From positions 1,216,001 to 1,280,000 of the forward strand of contig CAVPCR010000001.1 in NCBI GenBank assembly GCA_963702435.1: a DNA stretch of 64,000 bases. The letters are read 5' to 3'. Under the pieces are notes generated by a model that did no database searches, was not told where the DNA came from, and saw only the letters and a program-made list of their open reading frames with translations. Made by a program: the position numbers and the translations under genes. This document shows, piece by piece, positions 28,207 through 37,881 of the stretch (position 1 is the stretch's first letter; each line of letters begins with the position of its first letter). The DNA comes from Candidatus Eiseniibacteriota bacterium. Its GTDB lineage: Bacteria > Eisenbacteria > RBG-16-71-46 > CAVPCR01.

Positions 28207-31200
28207 TCACGGCGCGAGGATCAGCTTCCTCGTCTCGACGCGATCCCCTGCCGTCAGGCGGACGAAGTACACGCCCGCCTCGAGACTGCCGCCCGATCGC
28301 GCCAGCGCATCCCAGCGCGCGACGTGCCGGCCCGGAGCCTCGACACCCGCGGCGAGCACCGCACGCGCCCGTCCCTGCACGTCGTAGATCACAAGGCGAA
28401 CCGGACCCGCCGTCGCCAGCGAGTAGCCGATCTCGTAGGGAGCAGCGAACGGATTGGGATGGATCGGTTCGAGAAGAAGAGGTTGGGCGACGGGCGCCCC
28501 CTCCTCGTCGATCCCGGTCGACGTTCCGCTGGTGCGGAGGTCCGTCTCGGTCAAACCGTTCCCCGGCATGGTGAACCAGGGGGTCCGCGGGAAGAACGGC
28601 GAGTCCGAGACCATGCGCAGCCGCCAGCGGTAAGCGGTGTCGTTCTGGAGACCGAGCACGGCTTCGCTGAGCGGCACGGAGCTGCCGGCGTTCACGACCG
28701 GCGGCCCGGTGTTGAGGACCTGGGTCCGCCCGCGGCCCTGCCCGTCGAACGGCACGCCGAGCCGCTTCACCTCCCACTCGAACCAGACGTCGCCGCGACC
28801 GGCCGCGGTGCGACCCAGCGCTTTCAGGAGGAAGGCGTTCTGATGGTGCGCGAGCCCCAGGATGTCGATCGGCGCGGAGTTGTCCGAGCGCGCCTGGCGA
28901 GCGGTGCGGTCGCGACCGTAGGAACCGTTGCCCATGGGGATGTTGACCTTGCCGCAATCGGTCTGGGCTCCATCGAAGTAGGGAATGCCGACAGCGACGT
29001 CGGAGAACCCATCGCCGGTCACGTCGCCGGCCGTCGCCACCGAGAACCCGAGCGAGGCGAATGCCTGGTCCGAATAGGCGGTCCAGGCGGGAGCGGCGGC
29101 CAGCCCGGCGGCCGAGCCATGGTACGCGAACGCTCCCCCCTCATCGGTCAGGATGCGGTCGTAATACGGTGCGCCGATGACGACATCCGAGAAGCCGTCG
29201 TTGTTCACGTCGCCGGCGCCGGCCACGGAGTAGCCGAACTGGGCGCCGATCTGGTCCGACTCGGCGGTCCAGGCGGGCGTGGTCGCGAGGCCCCCGGCCG
29301 ATCCGAGGTAGACGAAGGCGCGCCCTTCATCGTTCTGCCCGTTGTCGAAGCCGTCGGCGCCCACGATCACGTCGGAATACCCGTCGCCGTTCACGTCCCC
29401 GACGCCGGCGACGGACACACCGAAGTCGGCGATGACCTGATTCGACTCGGCGGTCCAGGCCGGAGCGGCGGCCAGGCCGGCCGGCGAGCCGAGGTAGAGG
29501 AAGGCGCGACCCTCGTTGCTCTGCCCGTTGTCGTAGAGAGGGGCTCCGACGATGACGTCGGAATACCCGTCGCCGTTCACATCGCCCGCGCTCGCCACGG
29601 AGTTCCCGAACCCGGCCACGACCTGGTTCGACTCGGCGGTCCAGGCCGGGGAGGGCCCGAGACCGGTCGGCGAGCCCAGGTACACGTAGGCTCGCCCCTC
29701 GTTGTCCTCTCCGTTGGCGTATTCGTACGCCCCGATGATGACATCGGAGTACCCGTCGCCGTTCACATCACCGGCACCGGCGACGGACCACCCGAACCGG
29801 GCCTGCGCTTGATTCGACTCGGCGGTCCAGGGCACGGCGAGCAGTCCGCCGGACGAGCCCAGGTAGACAAAGGCCCGACCTTCGCTGGTCTGCCCATTGG
29901 TGTAGGAAGGAGCGCCGATGATGATGTCGGAGTAACCATCGCCGTTCACGTCCCCGGCTGGAGCGAGTGAGGTGCCGAACAGCGCGCCGTCCTGGTTCGA
30001 CTCGAAGTAATACGGAATGGACGTGTCGTCGCGCTCGCCGTAATAGACCGCGATCCGGCCTTCATCCGTTTGACCGCCATCGTATCCTGGAGCGCCGAGG
30101 ATGAAATCGGAATAGCCGTCGCCGTTGATATCGCCTCCGGACGCGACCGCGCTGCCGAGGTAATCGCCCGCCAGGCCATTCCCGATCTGCCAGAAGTCCG
30201 TGGCGTCGAGCGTTCCCCCGCCGCCGTTGTAGACGAAGGCCTGTCCTTCGTTGGTCTCGCCGTTGTCGTAGTTGGGAGCTCCGACGATGACATCGGAGTA
30301 GCCGTCGCCGTTCACATCCCCTGCCGTCGCCACGGAAGTCCCGAACCAGCTCGTCGCCTGGTCCGATTCGGCGGTCCAGGCCGGGTACGAGGACAGCCCG
30401 CCAGATCGACTGAGATAGACGAAGGCTCGTCCTTCAGCGTCTTGCCCGTTGTCGAATTCGTTGGCCCCGACGATGACATCGGCGAGGCCGTCCCCGTTCA
30501 CGTCCCCCGCCGTGGCCACCGACTGGCCGAAGTGGGCGCCGATCTGATTCGATTCGGCGATCCAGGCGTAGGAGGCCCCGAGTCCGGCGGCGGATCCGCG
30601 ATACACGTAGGCCGCCCCCTCGAGCGACTGTCCATTCCCGTACTGGCTCGCCCCGATGATGACATCGCCGAAGCCGTCGCCGTCCACGTCGCCGGCGGTG
30701 GCCACCGCGCGGCCGAAATGCGCGTTGATGACGTTCGATTCGGCGGTCCAGGAAGCGGAGGTCGCGAGGCCGGCGGCCGCTCCCAGGTACACGAAGGCGC
30801 GGCCTTCAGCGGTCTGCCCGTTGCTGAAGTTGTCGGCCCCGACGATGACGTCGGCATAGCCGTCGCTGTTCACGTCCCCCGCGGTCGCCACGGAGAAACC
30901 GAACCAGCAGCCGGGCTGGTTCGACCGGGCGATCCAAGATGGGGACGCCGCCAGCCCGGCCGGCGAGCCGAGATAGACATAGGCCCGTCCCTCGTAGTTT
31001 CCGTAGATGGGCGCGCCGACGATGACATCGGAGTAGCCATCGCCGTTCACATCCCCGGCCGTGGCGACCGACATGCCGAAGTAGCTGGTCGCCTGGTCCG
31101 GTTCAGCGGTCCACGCGGCGGACGCGGCCAGCCCGGCGGCCGACCCCAGGTACACGAAGGCCCGGCCTTCATTGGCCTCCCCGTTGTCGTAGGAGGCGGC

Positions 31201-31647
31201 CCCGACGATGACGTCCGAGTAGCCGTCGCCGTTCACGTCCCCCGCGGTCGAGACCGAGGTGCCGAATTCAGCCCGGTCCTGGTTCGACTCGACGGTCCAG
31301 GAAGGGGTCGTGGCGAGGCCGGAGGCGGAGCCGAGGAAGACAAAGGCGCAGCCCTCAGCGAGCTGCCCGTTGCTGTAGGTGGAGGCCCCGACGATGACAT
31401 CCGAGTAGCCGTCGCCGTTCACGTCCCCCGCGGTCGAGACCGTATTGCCGAATCCGGCGCCGGGCAGGTCCGGGTCCCAGGTCCAGGCGGGAGAGCTGGT
31501 GAGCCGATCGACCTGGCCGGGCTCGGACGGGGACGAGGACCCGACGGCGCCTGCACCCATCCGCGGAACGGCGGCGAGAGCAAAACTCAAGAAGAGGGTG
31601 CCAAGGACGGCGGACAGCGCGGTTCTTCTGGAGAGCGGGATGTTCAT
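28207..31647 (-). CDS. Secreted FG-GAP (integrin-alpha-like) repeat protein with C-terminal FlgD-Ig/T9SS-CTD-like domain
   Basis: Signal peptide; 14 FG..V..AGDVNGDGYSDVIVGA repeats; PNPF...IYDVQGR...WD...GVYFVRL...RKLIL tail. Confidence 0.9.
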   Translation of the reverse strand: MNIPLSRRTALSAVLGTLFLSFALAAVPRMGAGAVGSSSPSEPGQVDRLTSSPAWTWDPDLPGAGFGNTVSTAGDVNGDGYSDVIVGASTYSNGQLAEGCAFVFLGSASGLATTPSWTVESNQDRAEFGTSVSTAGDVNGDGYSDVIVGAASYDNGEANEGRAFVYLGSAAGLAASAAWTAEPDQATSYFGMSVATAGDVNGDGYSDVIVGAPIYGNYEGRAYVYLGSPAGLAASPSWIARSNQPGCWFGFSVATAGDVNSDGYADVIVGADNFSNGQTAEGRAFVYLGAAAGLATSASWTAESNVINAHFGRAVATAGDVDGDGFGDVIIGASQYGNGQSLEGAAYVYRGSAAGLGASYAWIAESNQIGAHFGQSVATAGDVNGDGLADVIVGANEFDNGQDAEGRAFVYLSRSGGLSSYPAWTAESDQATSWFGTSVATAGDVNGDGYSDVIVGAPNYDNGETNEGQAFVYNGGGGTLDATDFWQIGNGLAGDYLGSAVASGGDINGDGYSDFILGAPGYDGGQTDEGRIAVYYGERDDTSIPYYFESNQDGALFGTSLAPAGDVNGDGYSDIIIGAPSYTNGQTSEGRAFVYLGSSGGLLAVPWTAESNQAQARFGWSVAGAGDVNGDGYSDVIIGAYEYANGEDNEGRAYVYLGSPTGLGPSPAWTAESNQVVAGFGNSVASAGDVNGDGYSDVIVGAPLYDNGQSNEGRAFLYLGSPAGLAAAPAWTAESNQVIADFGVSVAGVGDVNGDGYSDVIVGADGFDNGQNDEGRAFVYLGSAGGLATTPAWTAESDQIGAQFGYSVAGAGDVNNDGFSDVVIGAPYYDRILTDEGGAFAYHGSAAGLAAAPAWTAYSDQAFASLGFSVATAGDVTGDGFSDVAVGIPYFDGAQTDCGKVNIPMGNGSYGRDRTARQARSDNSAPIDILGLAHHQNAFLLKALGRTAAGRGDVWFEWEVKRLGVPFDGQGRGRTQVLNTGPPVVNAGSSVPLSEAVLGLQNDTAYRWRLRMVSDSPFFPRTPWFTMPGNGLTETDLRTSGTSTGIDEEGAPVAQPLLLEPIHPNPFAAPYEIGYSLATAGPVRLVIYDVQGRARAVLAAGVEAPGRHVARWDALARSGGSLEAGVYFVRLTAGDRVETRKLILAP

Positions 31648-31769
31648 GGCTTCCTTCCCGGGGCCCATCGACTCGCGTCGGGGGGGACCTCGAACGAGGT
31701 TTCTCTGCCCCCACTACGTCCGGGACCCGGCGAACGAACGCGGCACATGCGCATCCCGGCTCTGTCGCG

Positions 31770-32698
31770 CACCCCGGCCCTGTGTCGTCCCCGGCGTCAT
31801 CTCCTCGATCCAGACCCATGGCACGCTCGCCAACTGGCATCCCCACCTGCACGTGCTCGCCACCGACGGCGCCTTTCGTCCCGATGGCACCTTCGTGCCC
31901 CTCGGCACCCACGCGCTCGCGGTGCTGACCGAGGCCTTCCGCCGGGCCGTGCTCCGTGCCTTCGTCCAGCACGGGCTGTTCAACGACGAAGTGGCCGCCT
32001 CCATGCTCGCCTGGCCCCACTCCGGCTTCCATGTCCACAACGCCGTGCGGCTCGATGGGGAGGATCTCCGCGGCACCTTGCAGCTCGCTCGCTATGCGGC
32101 CCGCGCTCCCGTCGCCCTCGCCCGCATCACCTACGACGCCACGAAGCAGCAGGTCCTCCTCGCCTCCGACAAGTCCGAAGGACCCACCGCCGGGACGCAT
32201 GCCTTCGCTCCGCTCGACTTCCTCGCCCAGCTCCTCACCCACATCCCGCGCCAGGGCGAACACCTCGGGCGCTACTACGGCGCGTATGCGAGCCGCACCC
32301 GCGGCACCTGGCGCCGGCAAGGGATCGGCCCCGGTGTCGAGCGGCAGCGGGGCGAGGGGGACCAAGAGGACGGGTCAGGGGGACCCGCACCGGATCCCCA
32401 CGGTGGGCCCGACAACCACTCCCACGCGCCACCTCCTGACCCGCTGTCCCCGTCGCGGGCCGCGCTCAGGAAGCGCTGGGCGGAGCTCCTCCGCCGTATC
32501 TACGAGGTCGATCCGCTGAGTTGCCCGCGGTGCGGGGGCGAGATGCGGATCATCGCCTTCCTCCTCGATCCACCGGTGATCGACGCCATCCTCCGCCACC
32601 TCCGCCGCGCCTCCTATGACGCGCGGGCTGGACCGTGGGCTGACGTGGTCGGGGGGAAGGCGGCGGCGGGGGACGCCGGCCCCGCCGGCCGCGGATAG
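31770..32698 (+). pseudogene. IS91-family (HUH, Y2) rolling-circle transposase, N-terminally truncated
   Basis: PGVISSIQTHGTLANWHPHLHVLATDG (HUH), WPHSGFHVH, LARYAARAP, HIP...RYYGAYA, WAELLRRIYEVDPLSCPRCGGEMRIIAF. The N-terminal Zn-binding domain and a start codon are missing. Confidence 0.88.
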
Positions 32699-32967
32699 GT
32701 CGGCCGGCCGACGGCGCGTACCGGGGGCGCTGCTGATGAGCATCGGCAGCGCGCGGGGAGAGGTGCGCCCGGCCGCGAACGGACGTCGGTTCGCGCGACC
32801 GCATCGCCGCGCGGTGGCCGTGGCCACCCCGCGCCAACACCCCGAAGTAACGCGCTACTGCCGGTTACGCCACGCCTCGGGCGCGCCGTCGCCGGCCGCC
32901 CGCTCCATCTCGCCCCGCCGCTCCGCGCTTCCTCCCGGCGCAGCGACGAAAGGAAACTCCTATCCCT
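31770..32967 (+). mobile_element. Partial IS91/ISCR-like element with intact oriIS-like right end
   Basis: Transposase remnant plus a downstream end GAAAGGAAACTCCTATCCCT. Similarity to the other copies stops exactly here. Confidence 0.8.
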
Positions 32968-32996
32968 TATCCCTATCCCTTCGAGACCCTGCGCCA

Positions 32997-33764
32997 CTAG
33001 GGCGCGGGCTTCTTCCCGACGGAGTACACGAGCGACCAGCGCAGCATGATCGCTGCCGAGACGCGCTCGACCGACAAGGTATCGTGGATGGCCGCGCGCA
33101 CCTCCTCGGTGCTCGCCTTCACCATCCCAAAGAGGCTCTGGCAGTAGCGAACCATCGCGTCCTCGGTCGGAAACACCCAGGAGAAGTCGCGAAGCTCTTC
33201 CCGGGTGTCGACGAAACCGGCCGCGCGCATCATGGCGGTGCTCTCGCCCGGTTCGAGGAACATTCCCCGGTGCCCGGTCTCGGTGAACCGATCGACCGGG
33301 CCGTTGAGGAACCGCGCCGGCGGAGTCCCTACCTGCACGTCGGCCATGGCGAAACAGCCGCCCGGGCGCAGCACCCGAAACGCTTCGCGCACGAAGGCCC
33401 CCTTGTCCGCCAGGTGGTGCAATCCGGCCAGGCTGCCGACTCGGTCCACGCTCGCCGTCGACAGCGGCAACGCGTCGAGCGGCGCGATGTGGTGCGTGTA
33501 AGCAGGGTGGATCGCCGCAGCGAACTTCGGGGACGGCTCCACGCAAACGATGCGAGCCGGCGAGTCCACGAGCGCGCGCAGTCCCTCGGCCAGGAAACCA
33601 CCCCCGGCGGGTGCGTCGCAGATGATGCTGGTTCGCTCGACGGCGAGATCCGCGATGATCAGCTGCCGCTCCGTGTCGCGCGCGCCCGGTGCGATGCTGG
33701 CCGCCGCGTTGTAGAGGTCGCCGCGCGTCTCGAACGTGTTGAGGTAGTCGTCGGGGGCGGTCAT
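32997..33764 (-). CDS. Class I SAM-dependent methyltransferase
   Basis: ICDAPAGGGFL motif I; LPLSTASVDRV; LHHLADK..FVREAFRVLRPGG. Confidence 0.85.
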   Translation of the reverse strand: MTAPDDYLNTFETRGDLYNAAASIAPGARDTERQLIIADLAVERTSIICDAPAGGGFLAEGLRALVDSPARIVCVEPSPKFAAAIHPAYTHHIAPLDALPLSTASVDRVGSLAGLHHLADKGAFVREAFRVLRPGGCFAMADVQVGTPPARFLNGPVDRFTETGHRGMFLEPGESTAMMRAAGFVDTREELRDFSWVFPTEDAMVRYCQSLFGMVKASTEEVRAAIHDTLSVERVSAAIMLRWSLVYSVGKKPAP

Positions 33765-34095
33765 GGTGGGTTTCCCGCCGCTGTAGATGCGATCAGCCGC
33801 CACTCACCGCAAGCCGGCAGTGCGGGATCTACCGCGGACACTGGACTCCCCGGAGGCGATCCCATGGCGAAGGGAGTCTCGGTTGCTCCATAGTAACACG
33901 CTCGGTGCGACCCACGCGAACTTCGTGAGCCGCCCGGCCGGTCGCCGGAGCGGAAGCGCGATCCCAGCCGGCCCCTTCATTTCGGCGCTCAGCATGGCGA
34001 TGGAAAGCACTATTCCATGGCGTCGCCGGACCGTCGCCCGGTGTCGACAGCCGACTGGTCTCCGCGAAGCGAGAGCGGCGGCGGGCGAGCGCCAG

Positions 34096-37000
34096 CTACG
34101 GGCGCGGTTCGCCCCGGTCGACCCGGACGCTCTCGGCCGCCGCCCTGGCGCCCGCCCCCCTCGAACTGCCCATGGCTTCCGCGGTCGCGCTCTGGCTGTC
34201 TGGCGCCGCGGCTGTCCGGTCCGAGGTGGGCTCGATCTCGCGCAGCGCCCAATCCACCGCGGCTTCGATGGCCAAGGACTGACCCTCGGCGAAGAGGCGG
34301 GCCGCTCGCTCCTCCCCGAGTCGGTGCCGCGCGCATTCCAGGATCTTCTGAGCCGTGGCTTCCTCGTCGGGCATGCGCGGCGTCTTGGCCGCCTCGCGGA
34401 TTGCGGCCGCTGAGCCATGGAGCTTGACCGCGTGGGCATCGTTGCCGAGTTCCGAGGAGAGGGCGCCGAGCCCCTCCAGGGCGGAAGCGACGCTGCTCAC
34501 ATCGCCCAGGGCAAGGAACATCGACGCCGCGTCGCAGAAGAGACGATGGGCTTCCCGGACACGCTTCTGCGCAAGGAGAACGACGGCAAGGTTGATCGTC
34601 GCAATGGCGACGTTTCGTCGATCGCCAAGGTCCTTCTGAATCTCGAGGCTTTCCTGGTAGTGGCGCGAGGCATCCTCGTGCTTCTCCAGGCGCATTTCGG
34701 CGGTTCCGAGCGCTATCAAGGCGTGCGCCGTCAGCTCCGCATGCCCCATCCGCCGGAGTCGCTCCACCGCCTCCTCAGCGTAGGCCCGACTTCGCTCGTA
34801 GTCCCGCTCGACCAGGGCGACGTTGCCCAGGCTGATCAGCACCCGGCAGATTCCATCGGCCTGATCCAGACCCCGGTAGATCTCGAGGCTCTCCGCGTAG
34901 TCTCGCGCCGCCGACGCGTAGTCCCCGGAAGTGTAGGCCACGTTGCCCAGGTTGAGTCGCGACGCAGCCATCCCGGCCGGATGATCGAGGGCCGTCCAGA
35001 CCCTGAGCGTCTCCTGCCAGTAGTGCAGCGACTCCTCCAGGCGTCCATGGTGGATGGCGACCGCGCCGAGGCAGTTCAAGACTTTCGCGGTGTCCGCGCT
35101 GGGCGCAAGGGCGTTGGCACGAAGCAGAACCTCTCGACACAATGTATCGGCTTCGGTCCAGTGGCCCCGCAGGAACCAGTAGCGAAAGAGCGAGCCGGCC
35201 AGGCGCAGGCCGAGAGCCGGGTCGGCGCCGGGTTCGCGACAGCTCTCGAAGGCGCGGCGGATTTCGTCGTGCTCCGCGGCGATGCGGGAGTACCAGCGCG
35301 CCTGTTCCTTCCCGGTGAACTCCGGCTCCGCCCGAGCGACGAGCGAGATGAAGTAGTCGAGATGGCGCCGGCGGATCTCCGCCGCCTCGCCTCCTGCCGC
35401 CAGGCGCTCCCCCGCGTAGGCCCTTACGGTCTCGAGCATCCGGAATCGGGTCGTTCCTGCGGAGGACTCGAGGTCCGCCACGATGAGGGACTTGTCCACC
35501 AAGCGCGAAAGGAGATCGAGGATGTCCCAGTCATTCACCGCTTCGCCCGAGGCCACCGCTTCCGCCGCCTCGAGCGTCCAGCTCCCGGCGAAGACCGAGA
35601 GGCGCTTGAGGAGAATCTGCTCGGCGGGTTCGAGCTGCTCGTAGCTCCAATCGATCAGAGCGCGCAGTGTCCGGTGATGCGGAAGGTCTCCCCGCGCGCC
35701 TCCGGTCAGCAGGCGAAACCGGTCGTCCATCCGGTGGAGGATGTCCTCGATCCCCATCACCTTCAGTCGCGAGGCCGCCAGCTCGATGGCCAAGGGGATC
35801 CCGTCGAGTCGGCGGCAGATCTCGACGATGGTCGGCGCACTGGACTCGTTCAGCTCGACCGAAGCGCCCGCCTGACGAGCCCGTTGCAGGAACAGCTCGA
35901 TGGCCGCGCACTGCGCCACAGCGGTGACCTGGAGAGGGCCCGATCGATCCGGCAGATCCAGGAGCGGAACCGCGTAGCAGCTCTCGCCATCCACCGCCAG
36001 GCGCTCCCGGCTGGTGACCAGGACGCGCAGGCCGGGCACGTCGCGCAGGAGGGCGCTCACGATCCTGGCGGTTCCGTCGATCAGATGCTCGCAGTTGTCG
36101 AGGATGAGGAGGCTCTCCTTCGACGCGAGGTGCCCGGCGATCGTCTGGAGTGCCGGACGATCCAGCGACTCGGGAATGCCGATCGTGTCGACGATGGTCC
36201 CCGCGATGTCCCGCGGACTCGAGAGCGGCGCGAGCTCCACGAACCAGATGCCGTCGAAGGGAGGCCCCAGCAGTGTCTCCGCCACCCTGAGGGCGAGCCG
36301 CGTCTTGCCAGCGCCGCCGATGCCGGTCAGGGTCACCAGACGGTGCTCCGCGAGCCGCCGGCTCACCTCTGCCATCTCCCTGGTCCGGCCGATGAAGGTT
36401 GAACCGTGCCGGGGAAGATTGTTCGGGGTCGACCCTCGATCCTCGATCGGGGCCGCGCGACCGGACTGGAAGGCGAGTTCCGCCAGCATCTCCTCGATGA
36501 TCTGCCGCGGCTCCCTCATCGAGGGGTAGCGATCCCCGGTGCTGCGGGCGAGGCACCGCTCGACCATCCCGCGAATCTGTGCGGGAAACTCGCCCAAGCG
36601 CTTGGTGTCGGGGCCCGCGGTCGAGGTCTCCCTGATCCGATCGAGGGCGGAATCTCCGCCGATGGCGCGCACCCCGGTCAGGCACTCGAACAGAACGCAT
36701 CCGAAGGACCAGACATCCATCCGGGGATCGGAGGCTGCGCGCTCGATCTGCTCAGGGCTCATGTAGCCGGGCGTTCCGGATATCTCGTCGGAGTCCTCCG
36801 CCGCGCCAACGGCGGATCCGGAGGAGGAGCCCTCGACAGAGGCCCGCGCGGCCAGGCCGAAGTCGAGCACCTTCACATCGAGGTCGGAGGTGAACATGAT
36901 GTTGCCCGGCTTCAGGTCCCGGTGAACGATCCCGCGGCTGTGAGCGCTCTCGAGCGCCCGGGCGATCTGACGCCCAACGCGCAAGGACTCATGCAGGCTC

Positions 37001-37461
37001 ATGGGCCCCCGGGAGAGTCGCGCGGCCAAGGTCTCCCCGTCGATGGCCTCCATGGTGAGAAAGCAGATTCCATCGGCCTCTTCCAGGGAGTGAATCGTCG
37101 CGATGTTGGGATGAACGAGGGAGGCCAGAGTTCGTGCCTCCTGGCGGAACTGCTCGAGACGGATGGGATCGTGCGCCAGGGTGTCCGGAAGCTGCTTGAG
37201 GGCGACGGCGCGACCCAGGGTCGGGTCTTCCGCCAGGTAGACCAAGCCCATGCCGCCCCGACCAAGCTCGCGGATGATCGGGTAGCGGCCGACTCGGCTG
37301 CGGGCGAGATCGCCGGCGCCCGGCGGAGCTGGCGCCGAGTGGGGAGCTCGGACGGGCGACACGACCGTGTCATCTTGCAGCGTCCGGTCCCCTGCGGGTG
37401 ACGGCAGCTCTTCGCCGTGGCCGATCCGTTCGGCGGGCTCGAGGGGCTCGGCCGGCGTCAT
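34096..37461 (-). CDS. Ser/Thr protein kinase fused to STAND (NB-ARC-like) ATPase and TPR repeats
   Basis: LGRGGMGLVY, VALK, HRDLKPGN, DFG, GTPGYMSPE; NNLP..FIGR; Walker A GIGGAGKT; LILDNCEH; LDGIPLAIELAA; C-terminal TPRs. Confidence 0.92.
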   Translation of the reverse strand: MTPAEPLEPAERIGHGEELPSPAGDRTLQDDTVVSPVRAPHSAPAPPGAGDLARSRVGRYPIIRELGRGGMGLVYLAEDPTLGRAVALKQLPDTLAHDPIRLEQFRQEARTLASLVHPNIATIHSLEEADGICFLTMEAIDGETLAARLSRGPMSLHESLRVGRQIARALESAHSRGIVHRDLKPGNIMFTSDLDVKVLDFGLAARASVEGSSSGSAVGAAEDSDEISGTPGYMSPEQIERAASDPRMDVWSFGCVLFECLTGVRAIGGDSALDRIRETSTAGPDTKRLGEFPAQIRGMVERCLARSTGDRYPSMREPRQIIEEMLAELAFQSGRAAPIEDRGSTPNNLPRHGSTFIGRTREMAEVSRRLAEHRLVTLTGIGGAGKTRLALRVAETLLGPPFDGIWFVELAPLSSPRDIAGTIVDTIGIPESLDRPALQTIAGHLASKESLLILDNCEHLIDGTARIVSALLRDVPGLRVLVTSRERLAVDGESCYAVPLLDLPDRSGPLQVTAVAQCAAIELFLQRARQAGASVELNESSAPTIVEICRRLDGIPLAIELAASRLKVMGIEDILHRMDDRFRLLTGGARGDLPHHRTLRALIDWSYEQLEPAEQILLKRLSVFAGSWTLEAAEAVASGEAVNDWDILDLLSRLVDKSLIVADLESSAGTTRFRMLETVRAYAGERLAAGGEAAEIRRRHLDYFISLVARAEPEFTGKEQARWYSRIAAEHDEIRRAFESCREPGADPALGLRLAGSLFRYWFLRGHWTEADTLCREVLLRANALAPSADTAKVLNCLGAVAIHHGRLEESLHYWQETLRVWTALDHPAGMAASRLNLGNVAYTSGDYASAARDYAESLEIYRGLDQADGICRVLISLGNVALVERDYERSRAYAEEAVERLRRMGHAELTAHALIALGTAEMRLEKHEDASRHYQESLEIQKDLGDRRNVAIATINLAVVLLAQKRVREAHRLFCDAASMFLALGDVSSVASALEGLGALSSELGNDAHAVKLHGSAAAIREAAKTPRMPDEEATAQKILECARHRLGEERAARLFAEGQSLAIEAAVDWALREIEPTSDRTAAAPDSQSATAEAMGSSRGAGARAAAESVRVDRGEPRP

Positions 37462-37660
37462 CGAGGACCGGGAAGCGGCGTTTGTTCGTTTGAATGGCGC
37501 ATCGAGAGAGGATATCAGATGGAGGAGATGACCCTTACGGAGTTTCCTTCCAGTCTCGAGTGCTCCTCTGCATTTCGTCGGCGGGTTCTCAGGCCACCGA
37601 CAGGTCCACCGGTGGACGAGACGTTGGTCGAGGTTGCGGAAGTCAGTGTTGAAGGGTCAA

Positions 37661-37715
37661 CATCAACAAGGTGATGCACCTCGACGCGATCGACGGCGGG
37701 GTCACCGTGCGCTGA
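37661..37715 (+). repeat. Left copy of a ~55-bp direct repeat flanking the LVIVD gene
   Basis: 45-bp core GTGATGCACCTCGACGCGATCGACGGCGGGGTCACCGTGCGCTGA matches 40229-40273 with 2 mismatches. Confidence 0.9.
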
Positions 37716-37881
37716 GCGCGCCGCGGTTCGCCACGTGCCGGCTGCGCGCGTCACCCACCGCAAGGCGCTCATTGACGCCTTCCTGGCGCAGCAGTAGAAT
37801 CTTGCTGCATCCCGTCCGTCCCGGCACCGGCCGGCGGCGCGCCGGGCTCGGATGGCGCCGCCGCGAAAGGGGAGGTGCCTC

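Noticed and set aside
31445..31769. ORF-track N-terminal extension of the transposase
   Set aside because: It overlaps the FG-GAP gene antisense and lacks the Cys-rich Zn-binding domain of IS91 transposases, so the gene is treated as truncated.
32827..32967. GTAAC...GTTAC dyad and the 55-bp repeats as integron attC sites
   Set aside because: No proper RYYYAAC/GTTRRRY core pairs and no integrase. The position downstream of an HUH transposase explains the first better.
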